Assembly: GCA_043765655.1 (NCBI GenBank)
Contig: JAYUIW010000015.1
Coordinates: 1-32,810 of the forward strand
Direction of reading: 5' to 3'
Source: a bacterium
GTDB taxonomy: Bacteria; Patescibacteriota; JACMRA01
Length of the DNA: 32,810 bases
This document shows positions 8,560 through 17,652 of the stretch, piece by piece. Positions within the stretch are counted from its first letter, which is position 1, and every line of letters begins with the position of its first letter. The notes under the pieces were generated by a model, which was not told the origin of the DNA, ran no database searches, and saw only the letters and a list, made by a program, of their open reading frames with translations. A program made the position numbers and the translations under genes.

Positions 8560-9933
8560 ATGAAAAAAATAAATATAAATAAAATAATAATTACCCTAAC
8601 TCTTCTTGGTTTTGTGGCTAGTGGGGGTTTTTTTGACATTAATTTTGGAATTAGTATTATTGCCCAAAATAGCGATAGGTATTCTAGTGAAATCAGCCAA
8701 CTAGAAAAACAAAAAGACCAAATTAACTCACAGATTAATAATATTCAAAGAGAGCTAGAATATACAGAAGTTAGAATTACCTCGCTTAGCCAAGAAGTTG
8801 CAACATTCCAATCCGAAGCTTCTAGATTCGAAGCGATTTCTGCACAGGCTCTTAACCTTGCCCAAGAATACCAAAAGCAAAAAGTACAATTAGAAATCGA
8901 AATTGCCAAACTGGAAGACGACATCAGCAAATTATACAAGGAACTACAGATTCTTAGTCTTACGAGTCCGATTCAGATGGTTTTTAGTTCTAAGAATATC
9001 GGAGAATTCATAACCAAAATCTACTCCAATTCCAATCTCCAAAAAGAAGCCGACCAAATCCAAAAAAGCCTCCAAATTGCTAAAGTTGAAAAAGAACGAA
9101 GCATACAATCACAGCTTGAGGCCTCTAACAATGCTCAAAATGCCAAGTATATCGCCAGTAGCAATCGAGACAAAGCTGCAGACCTACTTCAACGAACCAA
9201 AGGCGACGAAGCCAAATACCTCGAGATCAAGAATGCTCAACAAGCCGAAGTTCAAAAAATCAACGAACAACGCTCAATCTTCATAGAAAGAGCCAAAAAA
9301 GAAGAAGAGCAAGAGCGCCAACGTCAAGAAGAACTCAGAAAACAAGCCGAATCTGCAAGATTAGCCGCACTAGAATCAGCCAAAAAATTCAATAATCCAA
9401 CTGGCAAAAATAACAGTTATACTCCAGGTTACATTAGCCCAACAAGTACTAACTTCAACGATTATTCTGATAGTTCTAGCTGTAGCTACCAAGCTTATGA
9501 TACGCTCAATATTCCTACAGGCTACTTTGCAACACCTACGACTGGTAACTTCGAGCGGGAATTCGGATATTGTAATCATGACGGAATTGATGTCAGTAAT
9601 GGAACTGGAACTCCAATTGTTGCTGCAGCTGATGGAACGGTGTTCTTTTCTGGATATTCATTTGATGGGTATGCCAATATGGTTCAACTCAAGCACACTC
9701 TTCCTGGAGGCAAAATCGTCTATACATTATACGCTCACATGGCAACAGAATCGACACTCAAAGTTGGAGATAGCGTCTCAAAAGGGCAATTCATCGGTCC
9801 AATGGGTTCGACTGGAAATTCTACAGGACCTCACCTTCACTTCATGATAATTGATGGGACTAACTACGCAGGTCCTGGTTGCGTATGGGGACTATCCAAG
9901 TGCTACAAACCGCGAGATTACGTTAAATTTTAG
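8560..9933 (+). CDS. Coiled-coil plus M23 peptidase (EnvC/CwlO-like murein hydrolase)
   Basis: Signal/TM segment, long coiled coil, HDGID, YAHM, GSTGNSTGPHLHF. Confidence 0.92.
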   Translation: MKKININKIIITLTLLGFVASGGFFDINFGISIIAQNSDRYSSEISQLEKQKDQINSQINNIQRELEYTEVRITSLSQEVATFQSEASRFEAISAQALNLAQEYQKQKVQLEIEIAKLEDDISKLYKELQILSLTSPIQMVFSSKNIGEFITKIYSNSNLQKEADQIQKSLQIAKVEKERSIQSQLEASNNAQNAKYIASSNRDKAADLLQRTKGDEAKYLEIKNAQQAEVQKINEQRSIFIERAKKEEEQERQRQEELRKQAESARLAALESAKKFNNPTGKNNSYTPGYISPTSTNFNDYSDSSSCSYQAYDTLNIPTGYFATPTTGNFEREFGYCNHDGIDVSNGTGTPIVAAADGTVFFSGYSFDGYANMVQLKHTLPGGKIVYTLYAHMATESTLKVGDSVSKGQFIGPMGSTGNSTGPHLHFMIIDGTNYAGPGCVWGLSKCYKPRDYVKF

Positions 9934-9971
9934 CATACTAAACATCAATTTAATAATTATTTAATTTCTAT

Positions 9972-10544
9972 ATGCAAAAAACATTTTTTACCTTAATTGC
10001 TACAATATTAGTAATTTTATTAGTTCTGGCATCTCTTTATTTTGTATTTCAAAACTTTCAAAACTCTCCAATATTCGGTCCAAAAATTGAAAATTCCAAA
10101 AATATTGTAAATCAGGTTGTACAAGACAATAAAGAATTTTTAAAAGTTGAAGATCTAAAGCACAAAGGAAAGCAACTAAATTTTTCTAGACTAGAGCTTG
10201 CCAAAACTAAAACAGAGCAAGCAAAAGGAATGATGAATAGAACAACTAAAGAAGCTTGCGAAACTTGTGGAATGTTATTTATTTTTTCAGAGCCAGCTCA
10301 GCAAACTTTTTGGATGAAAGATACACTAGTTCCACTAAAAATTATTTTTTTGAATACTGATGGGGTGATAGTCAACCAATATTCTGCTAAGCCCAATCAG
10401 ACTGATGAAGTTTATCCTTCCAACCAAGAAGCCCAGTATGTTCTTGAGGTTATTGAAGATTCTATTTTAGCCAAAGATTTAAAAATTAAAGACAAACTAG
10501 ATATTAATTTTTTGCTTAATAAAGGCACTAGTTATCAAAATTAA
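9972..10544 (+). CDS. DUF192 family protein
   Basis: ELAKT..EQAKGMMNR, GMLFIF, FWMKDTLVPLKIIFL, YVLEV. Confidence 0.88.
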   Translation: MQKTFFTLIATILVILLVLASLYFVFQNFQNSPIFGPKIENSKNIVNQVVQDNKEFLKVEDLKHKGKQLNFSRLELAKTKTEQAKGMMNRTTKEACETCGMLFIFSEPAQQTFWMKDTLVPLKIIFLNTDGVIVNQYSAKPNQTDEVYPSNQEAQYVLEVIEDSILAKDLKIKDKLDINFLLNKGTSYQN

Positions 10545-10590
10545 GTCATATTTTGTAGATATTTTATAAGTTTTTTTGGGGTATATAATC

Positions 10591-10620
10591 TTGACAAAAA
10601 ATACAATTATATGATAGAGT
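10591..10620 (+). promoter_or_regulatory. sigma70-type promoter (leaderless position)
   Basis: TTGACA 10591-10596, TGnTAGAGT ending 10620, ATG 10627. Confidence 0.6.
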
Positions 10621-10626
10621 TAATAA

Positions 10627-11505
10627 ATGACTAAAAAAACTATTTCTAACAAGAATTTTTTCGCACCAACTCATTCTCAAAACCATAATCGCAGCAAATT
10701 TTTGATAATTCTGGTTACTATCTCAATTATAATAACCTTAACAGTTAGTATTGTAGCTCAATTCAGTGTTGTCAAAGCCTCTAATCCACTTCCGAGTAGT
10801 GCTAATCCAGCCAATATTAAAAATAAATTCACAATAAACGATAGTGGAATTATTCGGAATTATTCGTCGCAAGGCTCTGGAGAAATAATTGGAGAATATT
10901 TTTATACAACTGGACATAATTATACTTTGGATCAAGTTGAATTTCTTCTTAATTACGGGGCTGAACTAATTAGTACAGTTAATGAATTGTGCTCTCGCAA
11001 AGTTGGTAACACAAAACAATATTACCGCGAAGGATTAATCAAAATTCCTTTATGGCTTCTTAATAACGACTCTACCAAAGATCGTGGAATTAATTATCCA
11101 CAAACTCTAAAACAGACTGTAGATCCAATAATATTAGACCAAAAAATTGAGAATATCGATCCTAACGCTGTGTATACAAGAGGAATTATCAAAAATAAAG
11201 GTGAAACTTTTTTGAAGGGGAAGGAACTATTTAATTCTAATGGAGTTGGATTGTCTGGCTCAGGATACAAGTTCAATCAATTCGGTGAGGTCAGTGATGA
11301 CTCAGATATAAGTAGTTATCTTATTGGAATCCATATCGGAAGTGCGACAATCTCTAGCAATTCTCAGGATACATCGAGTATATACAAAATAAACATTGTA
11401 TGGATAAGTAATGGAGATGGAACTTTCTCTTATGCTAGATACTTTCCCAGTGGTGAAGTTGTGAGGGTAGACAAAATGTTAAAAAGTGAGTGCGATCAAG
11501 GGTAG
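10627..11505 (+). CDS. Hypothetical secreted/membrane-anchored protein
   Basis: 292 aa ORF with N-terminal TM segment; no family recognised. Confidence 0.6.
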   Translation: MTKKTISNKNFFAPTHSQNHNRSKFLIILVTISIIITLTVSIVAQFSVVKASNPLPSSANPANIKNKFTINDSGIIRNYSSQGSGEIIGEYFYTTGHNYTLDQVEFLLNYGAELISTVNELCSRKVGNTKQYYREGLIKIPLWLLNNDSTKDRGINYPQTLKQTVDPIILDQKIENIDPNAVYTRGIIKNKGETFLKGKELFNSNGVGLSGSGYKFNQFGEVSDDSDISSYLIGIHIGSATISSNSQDTSSIYKINIVWISNGDGTFSYARYFPSGEVVRVDKMLKSECDQG

Positions 11506-11675
11506 TCTAGTTATTTTTTTTGATAAAGAAAATGCTAATATAATTTTTAATTTTTACAAGATAACTTTTGAGACAAGCAAATATGTTGCTTTATTTTAGT
11601 GTTTTTAAATAAAAAACTAGTCAAAGTTCATGTAAAGCTTTGTAAATTATATTTGTATACTTGTTTTAGTATTAA

Positions 11676-12203
11676 TTATTTTGTTATTCCTAGAATTTCA
11701 ACATCAAAAACTAAGGTTGAATTAGCAGGAATTTTACCATTAGAAGCTGATCCGTAGGCAATTTCTGGTGGAAGAGTTAGTTTGACTTTGGAGCCAACTT
11801 TGTAACCTTCTAGACCATAATCCCAACCTTTGATAACCCTACCTCCTCCGAGTGTAAAATCGAATGGAGCTTTGCCGACAGAAGAATCAAAAACAGTACC
11901 ATCCTGTAACATTCCAGTGTAATTAACGGTTATTTTGTCTCCAGCCTTAGTTGTTTCACCTTGGCCTTCACTAATAACTTCAGCTTTTACAAGGCTTTTA
12001 TATTTGGTTACATCTTCAGGAGTTTGAGATGGCTTAACTAAGCTTGTAGAAGATTTTGCAACTGACGAAGTGGTGGATGGTTTTGGATTTTTGATGGCTT
12101 CTTGTTGATTAGGAATTAGACTAAAGAATACTATACTTCCAAGACCTAAAACTAGACCTAACACGACAAGATTAAAAATTAATTGAGTTTTGCTTTCTGA
12201 CAT
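11676..12203 (-). CDS. FKBP-type peptidyl-prolyl isomerase, membrane anchored
   Basis: VNYTGMLQDGTVFDSS, GRVIKGWD, PPEIAYG, IPANSTLVFDVE. Confidence 0.95.
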   Translation of the reverse strand: MSESKTQLIFNLVVLGLVLGLGSIVFFSLIPNQQEAIKNPKPSTTSSVAKSSTSLVKPSQTPEDVTKYKSLVKAEVISEGQGETTKAGDKITVNYTGMLQDGTVFDSSVGKAPFDFTLGGGRVIKGWDYGLEGYKVGSKVKLTLPPEIAYGSASNGKIPANSTLVFDVEILGITK

Positions 12204-12258
12204 TTTTGTTATAAAATTATTGTTAAAAATATTTTGCTTGATATTGATGTTGAGGAAT

Positions 12259-12882
12259 TTAGTTACGAGTTATAAGGCCAAAATCAACAGTCTCTGAAGT
12301 CTCGCTAATTCCACTAATATTATATTGAGAACCTAAACTAAGGGGAACGGTTGTATCAATATTAAGCTTGGCCCCTTTTTTCCAATATCTACCATTAATA
12401 TAGCCTGTATCAAGAACTTCAATGAGATATCCACCAGACTCTTTGATCGTATTAACTTTTACTAAGGCTTGAGAATTTTGAAGATTAGAGTTACTAGAAG
12501 ATAGAGATGATTTTGTTTCTAAAACTATAGGCTGTACGGAGCTAGAACTAACTGTTTGAATCGGAGCAACTGAAGTAGTTGAAGAAATTGTACTTTGACT
12601 TGCGATAGCAGAAAAGCTAGAAACAGCACTACTCAACGACAAGCTAGAATAGGACTTGGCTAAGGAAGACTGGCTACTTATAGCTACTAATGAGTTAGAA
12701 CTATTTACAAAGAGATTCGACTTGTCAATTGAATTTAGTGATGAGGATTTACTTGAATTAGCAGTTTGTGACTTAGCATTTTTTTGGTCAATTAACCAAA
12801 ATCCTGTAACAATCAAACCTAGTGAAACAAGTATTACAAAAAGATTTACAAAATCAATTTTAGTATTTTTTGCAGTTTTCAT
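12259..12882 (-). CDS. Ser-rich membrane-anchored hypothetical protein
   Basis: TM helix, long Ser/Thr linker, small C-terminal beta-rich domain. Confidence 0.65.
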   Translation of the reverse strand: MKTAKNTKIDFVNLFVILVSLGLIVTGFWLIDQKNAKSQTANSSKSSSLNSIDKSNLFVNSSNSLVAISSQSSLAKSYSSLSLSSAVSSFSAIASQSTISSTTSVAPIQTVSSSSVQPIVLETKSSLSSSNSNLQNSQALVKVNTIKESGGYLIEVLDTGYINGRYWKKGAKLNIDTTVPLSLGSQYNISGISETSETVDFGLITRN

Positions 12883-13121
12883 AATATTTTGGATTTGTTT
12901 TAGTTTTTATTTTATAATTATTATTTATTTTATTTTTTAAGTATAACCTAGAGTTGCTTTAATTGTCAAATTTTTGTTTCATATTAACTCAATTTTTTGT
13001 TGAATCAAATTAAGATTAGCCAGATAAAACAACTAAGGTTAAGAATAATATCCACAGTACTAAAAAAAATAAATAAACAGACGATTGATAAATAATAAAT
13101 TATTTTAAAAAGGATATTTTC

Positions 13122-13150
13122 TTGACAATAAGCTAAATATTATTAATAAT
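13122..13150 (+). promoter_or_regulatory. Promoter of the marR-efflux operon with an overlapping palindrome (possible MarR operator)
   Basis: TTGACA 13122-13127, AATAAT 13145-13150; palindrome ATTATTAATAAT 13139-13150 (AT-rich, so weak evidence). Confidence 0.55.
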
Positions 13151-13157
13151 TCATAAT

Positions 13158-13580
13158 ATGAACAATCTTGCAATAATTAACGAGTTGATTCAACTCTTTG
13201 AGCAAATTCAGATCAAAGTTCAAGACCAAATAATGCCATTAATCTCACAAATTGAGCCGTTAACTCCGCTTCAGGTAAAGGCTTTAATGTTTTTGTATAA
13301 TCTCGAATCTATTAAGATGACTGACTTTGCCAAGGCTATGAATCTCAAAACTTCGGGAGCTACACAGCTAGTTAATAATCTGGTTGAACTAGGCAAGGTC
13401 CAAAGAGATTTTGACCCAAAAGACAGGCGAGTTATCGTTATTGAGTTAACTAGTAGTTCACGCCAAAGTATGATGAAGATAATCAAAAAACGCGATGAAA
13501 CTCTTACCAAAATCTACGAAAAACTAAACCAAAAAGAGTTAGAATCCTTACTTAACATTACCCAAAAAATTAGTTTATAA
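13158..13580 (+). CDS. MarR family transcriptional regulator
   Basis: LTPLQ..., SGATQLVNNLVELGKVQR..DPKDRRVIVIELT. Confidence 0.93.
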   Translation: MNNLAIINELIQLFEQIQIKVQDQIMPLISQIEPLTPLQVKALMFLYNLESIKMTDFAKAMNLKTSGATQLVNNLVELGKVQRDFDPKDRRVIVIELTSSSRQSMMKIIKKRDETLTKIYEKLNQKELESLLNITQKISL

Positions 13581-13614
13581 AAATTTCAAAAATCCCAAAA
13601 ATAAATTTCGAAAT

Positions 13615-15783
13615 ATGTTCAAAAAAATCTTCCTCTCAACCCAAAACTTTTTCCAAAGAATATTATCTTGGTTACTGAGATTCCCGCCAATTCGATGGTT
13701 GGTTAACATTCTCAAAATCTTCTGGAGAATTCTGGTTCCAGTGTTATTAATAGGATTATTAGTAGTTCCAATTGTCTTGACTTACTTTCCTGCTGGCAAA
13801 AAAACTGTGAATCTCAACGTTCCCAAATTAATCACCAAGGGTGATGTTGTCAAAAAAATCTCGGTGCAAGCTGTAGTTGAGAATAGTTATAGCTACGATC
13901 TTCCAGTCTACCAAGACGCCGAACTCAAGGAAGTTTTTGTTAAGCAAGGCGACCAAGTTACGGCTGGACAAGTTCTGGCATCGCTGGAATTCGTGAATGA
14001 GAATAAAGTGCGATCCACAGATGTTCAAAACCAAATTAATTCGTATCTCACAGATATCAGCAATCAACAAGAAGCTCTTGGGAATACTTTGAATAGTAAT
14101 TATGCCACTCTTAGTCAGCAGGATATTAATGTCAAAAATAAAGTCGACGAATGGAATCAAATCAACCAAAAAAGAATCGACAAAATCAATGAAAACCACG
14201 AAAAAAAATCTCGTTACGACTCGGAGCGAATCGACTTCCAAAAACAATATGACGAACTGGATAGTCGAAAAGTTGTTGATAATTCGGTCAAACAATATGA
14301 AGATCAACTCAAACTAAAACATGATCAACTGACAACTGGGAATTCTGGAAGTAGCCAAATTCAAAGTCAAATCAACACTGTAGAATCGCAGATTAGTGGT
14401 TTCAAAACTACTCTTGGATTAAGTTCCTCCCAAAGCTGCTCTAGTTATGTGTATGTAATTCCAAGCTCTACCACAATCTCTTCGACTTTTGCTTCTTCTA
14501 GTTCGAGTTCAGCTTTGCCCAATCTTACTTCAACCAAGGATCAATGTCTTTTGGCAGAAAAAAACCTAAACGAGCTTAGGGTTCAACAAAATGTAGCCAA
14601 TAATAATACTAATGTTAGTGTAAATACTTTGAACAATGATATTAATGACCTCCAGAATAAGATTAATATTCTCAAAAAAGATCCAAGTTACACTGGCAAC
14701 AAGCCAACAATTACCGACCAACTCAATGACTCTCAAATCGAAATCAAAAAAGGAGATTTGAAGTCAAAAATCACAACTCGCGAAAACGATATCAAACAAA
14801 TTGATAATTCTGTAGAAGTCAAAAACCTTGAAGAACAGCTCAAAACAATCGATCGTGGAATCTCGGATCTTTTGGCTCAGCAACAAGTCAGCCAACAAGG
14901 ATTAGAAAGTACCAAGGACTCAGTTCTCCAAAGAATTCGCTCAGCGCAATCCTCACTGGAAGGCTCCCAAAGCAAACTCAATGATATTATCGAAGATATT
15001 AACAAACAAGAAAAAAACAAAACTCTAGTTGCCAAAAAAGACGGAATTGTAGGTAAAGTCAACAAGGAACAAGGTTTGGTTCTCAACGCTCGAGAAGTAG
15101 AGTTCACAATCGTTAGTCCCGACCAAAGGCTCAAATTCACAGTTAATGCCGACAACAAATCCCAAATTAAAAAGGGAATGAAGGTTAATACTGACAAATA
15201 TAAAGACATTGAAAATATTGTGGTTACAGATGCCAATCTTATTCCCAACACTCTAGCGGTTGGAGCTACGGCAAGTACAACCCTAGAATATGATGTCTTC
15301 GCTAATCTTCCCAAAAGCAATAAATACAACTATACTCAAGGCGAATCGGTTAATATCGATGTAATTATTGACCAAAAAAAAGATGTTCTCAATGTTCCAT
15401 TCTCGGCCGTTCTAGAGAATAAAGTATATGTGGGAACGGGTGTAGAATTACCAAAAGGCAAAAAAATTAAAACTAATTCAAACAGTACTTCAAGTTCGAA
15501 CGCAAATGACTTTATCATTGTTGATGAAGATGAAACTAAGTTTGAAGAAATCAAAACTTCTACCAGCTCAAGTTCGTCCAAAGGAGCAGATCAAGCTGCT
15601 AGTCAATTAGTCGGTGTTAAATTTACAGCTTTCAAAGAAGTTAAGATTGAAACTGGCTTGAATGATGGTCGTAATATTGAAGTTCTTAGCGGTTTGAATT
15701 CTGGAGATTTTGTATTCATTATTTATCCCAAGACTGATGCCGAAAAAAAGCAATTGGAAGCCGAGTATCTTGTTAAGAAGTAA
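13615..15783 (+). CDS. MacA/HlyD-like efflux adaptor with very long coiled coil
   Basis: TM; VFVKQGDQVTAGQVLA and LVAKKDGIV lipoyl half-motifs; C-terminal IETGLNDGRNIEVLSGLNSGD. Confidence 0.85.
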   Translation: MFKKIFLSTQNFFQRILSWLLRFPPIRWLVNILKIFWRILVPVLLIGLLVVPIVLTYFPAGKKTVNLNVPKLITKGDVVKKISVQAVVENSYSYDLPVYQDAELKEVFVKQGDQVTAGQVLASLEFVNENKVRSTDVQNQINSYLTDISNQQEALGNTLNSNYATLSQQDINVKNKVDEWNQINQKRIDKINENHEKKSRYDSERIDFQKQYDELDSRKVVDNSVKQYEDQLKLKHDQLTTGNSGSSQIQSQINTVESQISGFKTTLGLSSSQSCSSYVYVIPSSTTISSTFASSSSSSALPNLTSTKDQCLLAEKNLNELRVQQNVANNNTNVSVNTLNNDINDLQNKINILKKDPSYTGNKPTITDQLNDSQIEIKKGDLKSKITTRENDIKQIDNSVEVKNLEEQLKTIDRGISDLLAQQQVSQQGLESTKDSVLQRIRSAQSSLEGSQSKLNDIIEDINKQEKNKTLVAKKDGIVGKVNKEQGLVLNAREVEFTIVSPDQRLKFTVNADNKSQIKKGMKVNTDKYKDIENIVVTDANLIPNTLAVGATASTTLEYDVFANLPKSNKYNYTQGESVNIDVIIDQKKDVLNVPFSAVLENKVYVGTGVELPKGKKIKTNSNSTSSSNANDFIIVDEDETKFEEIKTSTSSSSSKGADQAASQLVGVKFTAFKEVKIETGLNDGRNIEVLSGLNSGDFVFIIYPKTDAEKKQLEAEYLVKK

Positions 15784-15797
15784 AAAAAATAAACCAA

Positions 15798-16196
15798 ATG
15801 ATTTATATTAAAAACTTTTTGGATTGGTTCACACTAAAACCAAAACTCGATAATCAGTTAGTCAAACCTCCACAATTCAGTGAAGGTCAAGTTTGGTGGT
15901 GTTTTTGTGGAGAAAATATAGGAGTTGAAGTTAGTGGAAAAGGAAAAGACTATTTAAGACCATTTTTAATATTTACAAAACTAGACAAATTTAGCTTTGT
16001 AGCTATTCCTCTGAGTACGAAAATAAAAGTTGGTTCTTGGTATTTTCAAATCAAATTCAAGAATATTGATCAAATTATAATGTTAAATCAGATTAAGTTT
16101 TTTGATTATCGTAGATTGAATTATAAGTATGGTGAAATAACAAAACAAGAACATGAAAGTGTTAAAAAAGCTATCAGACTATTGTTAAAAATATAA
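15798..16196 (+). CDS. PemK/MazF-family endoribonuclease-like protein, no protein antitoxin adjacent
   Basis: GQVWWCFCGENIGVEVSGK..YLRPFLI, AIPLSTK, LNQIKFFDYRRL. Confidence 0.82.
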   Translation: MIYIKNFLDWFTLKPKLDNQLVKPPQFSEGQVWWCFCGENIGVEVSGKGKDYLRPFLIFTKLDKFSFVAIPLSTKIKVGSWYFQIKFKNIDQIIMLNQIKFFDYRRLNYKYGEITKQEHESVKKAIRLLLKI

Positions 16197-16244
16197 AAAA
16201 ATAACCCTTCTATTACTAGAAGGTCGCGGGTAATTCCCGAATAC
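16194..16244 (-). ncRNA. Predicted ~50-nt small RNA convergent on the pemK-like gene
   Basis: Downstream of a consensus promoter; hairpins CGGG-AAUUA-CCCG and CCUUCUA-GUAA-UAGAAGG, then a U-tract. Confidence 0.5.
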
Positions 16245-16250
16245 ATATTA

Positions 16251-16279
16251 ATTTTACTATAAAGAATAATTCTTGTCAA
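16251..16279 (-). promoter_or_regulatory. Antisense sigma70 promoter inside the efflux operon
   Basis: TTGACA (16279-16274), 17 bp, TAAAAT (16256-16251); no minus-strand gene nearby. Confidence 0.7.
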
Positions 16280-16326
16280 ATACAAATATATAATAACTAA
16301 TAATTTAGTTTAATCCTCCCAACAAT

Positions 16327-17037
16327 ATGACTACAATTAATCCAACCAAAGCCCAACCAATAATCCAGTTCAAAGGTGTACAAAAATACTATATCGTTGG
16401 CAAAGAACAACAGTTAGTTATCAAGGGCGTCGATGTAAATATTATGCGCGGCGAAACTGTGGCTCTGCTGGGTAAATCTGGCTCAGGAAAGAGTACAATG
16501 CTCAATATTCTGGGGCTTTTGGACTTTCCGACCAGTGGAGAATACTTGCTCAATGGGGTTAATGTATCAGGATTCGACGATAATCAGAGATCTGAGATCC
16601 GCAACAAGACTTTTGGTTTTATATTCCAGCAATTTAATCTTTTGCCAAAACTCAATGTAATTGACAATATAACCGCTCCACTTTATTACAACTCCGATAA
16701 GTCCAAGTGGCACAACCGCAAAGAAATTGCTTTAGAACTTCTAGCAAAGTTTGATATCGAAGAACAAGCCTACAAACTCCCCAAGCTCCTCTCTGGTGGA
16801 CAACAACAGCGTGTGGCAATGGCAAGATCGCTAGTTAATGACTGCGATATAATAATCGGAGATGAGCCAACTGGAGCATTGGACTCCAAGACCACTGACC
16901 AAGTTATGGCGGAGATCTTTCGGCTTAATACCGAGTTTGGTAAGTCGGTTATCTTCGTAACTCACGATGATGATCTTGCCAAAAAATTCAGTCGGATTAT
17001 TCGCTTGAAAGATGGAGTTATCGTTGATGAATTTTAA
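16327..17037 (+). CDS. ABC transporter ATP-binding protein (MacB/LolD-like)
   Basis: GKSGSGKST, LSGGQQQRVAMAR, IIGDEPTGALD, VTHD. Confidence 0.96.
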   Translation: MTTINPTKAQPIIQFKGVQKYYIVGKEQQLVIKGVDVNIMRGETVALLGKSGSGKSTMLNILGLLDFPTSGEYLLNGVNVSGFDDNQRSEIRNKTFGFIFQQFNLLPKLNVIDNITAPLYYNSDKSKWHNRKEIALELLAKFDIEEQAYKLPKLLSGGQQQRVAMARSLVNDCDIIIGDEPTGALDSKTTDQVMAEIFRLNTEFGKSVIFVTHDDDLAKKFSRIIRLKDGVIVDEF

Positions 17038-17039
17038 TC

Positions 17040-17110
17040 AATTACTAATTTCTAATTACGAATTACAATTGCTCTTCGTTTTAATAACAAATTTCCAATT
17101 ACGAATACGA
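17040..17110 (+). repeat. Degenerate heptamer array (AATTACG-like)
   Basis: AATTACT AATTTCT AATTACG AATTAC ... AATTTCC AATTACG. Confidence 0.75.
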
Positions 17111-17137
17111 CTAATTTTAACAATAATTTTTAATACT

Positions 17138-17506
17138 ATGAAAGAGAATATAATCCAACAAAAAACTTATAGCTTTGCTTTAGAAATAATTCAATTGTAT
17201 AAAACCTTAACCAAACAAAATGAATACATCCTCTCTCGGCAAATTCTAAAATCAGGGACTTCGATTGGTGCCAATATTGAGGAGACAATTGGAGCTTATA
17301 GTACAGCAGAATTTTTATCAAAAATTTCCATATCGTACAAAGAAGCAAGGGAAACACATTATTGGCTTAGACTTTTAAAAGATTCAGGATATATCGAAGA
17401 ATCGTTATTCAAAAAACTAATTTTTGATTGTGATGAAATTTTTAAAATTATTGGCAAAATACAAATTACAACAAAAGCCAACCAAAAAGAATTAAAAAAA
17501 TCTTAG
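17138..17506 (+). CDS. Four-helix-bundle protein (23S rRNA IVS protein-like family)
   Basis: LSRQILKSGTSIGANIEE, FLSKISISYKEARETHYWLRLL; ATG 17138 preferred. Confidence 0.92.
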   Translation: MKENIIQQKTYSFALEIIQLYKTLTKQNEYILSRQILKSGTSIGANIEETIGAYSTAEFLSKISISYKEARETHYWLRLLKDSGYIEESLFKKLIFDCDEIFKIIGKIQITTKANQKELKKS

Positions 17507-17514
17507 TCCAACCT

Positions 17515-17646
17515 TCGTAATTCATCATTCTTAATTCAAGATCTCCCAAACCGTAATTCGTAATTAATCATTCTTAATTCTATTATCGTAATTCATCACT
17601 TTGTAATTCTACAAACCGTAATTCGTAATTAATCATTCTTAATTCT
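17515..17646 (+). repeat. Heptamer array (CGTAATT-like) with a 35-bp exact direct repeat
   Basis: CAAACCGTAATTCGTAATTAATCATTCTTAATTCT at 17547-17581 and 17612-17646; the unit is the reverse complement of the upstream array unit. Confidence 0.85.
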
Positions 17647-17652
17647 CTATAT

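Noticed and set aside
17138-17506. Diversity-generating retroelement (Avd-like protein)
   Set aside because: No reverse transcriptase or template/variable repeat pair in the window
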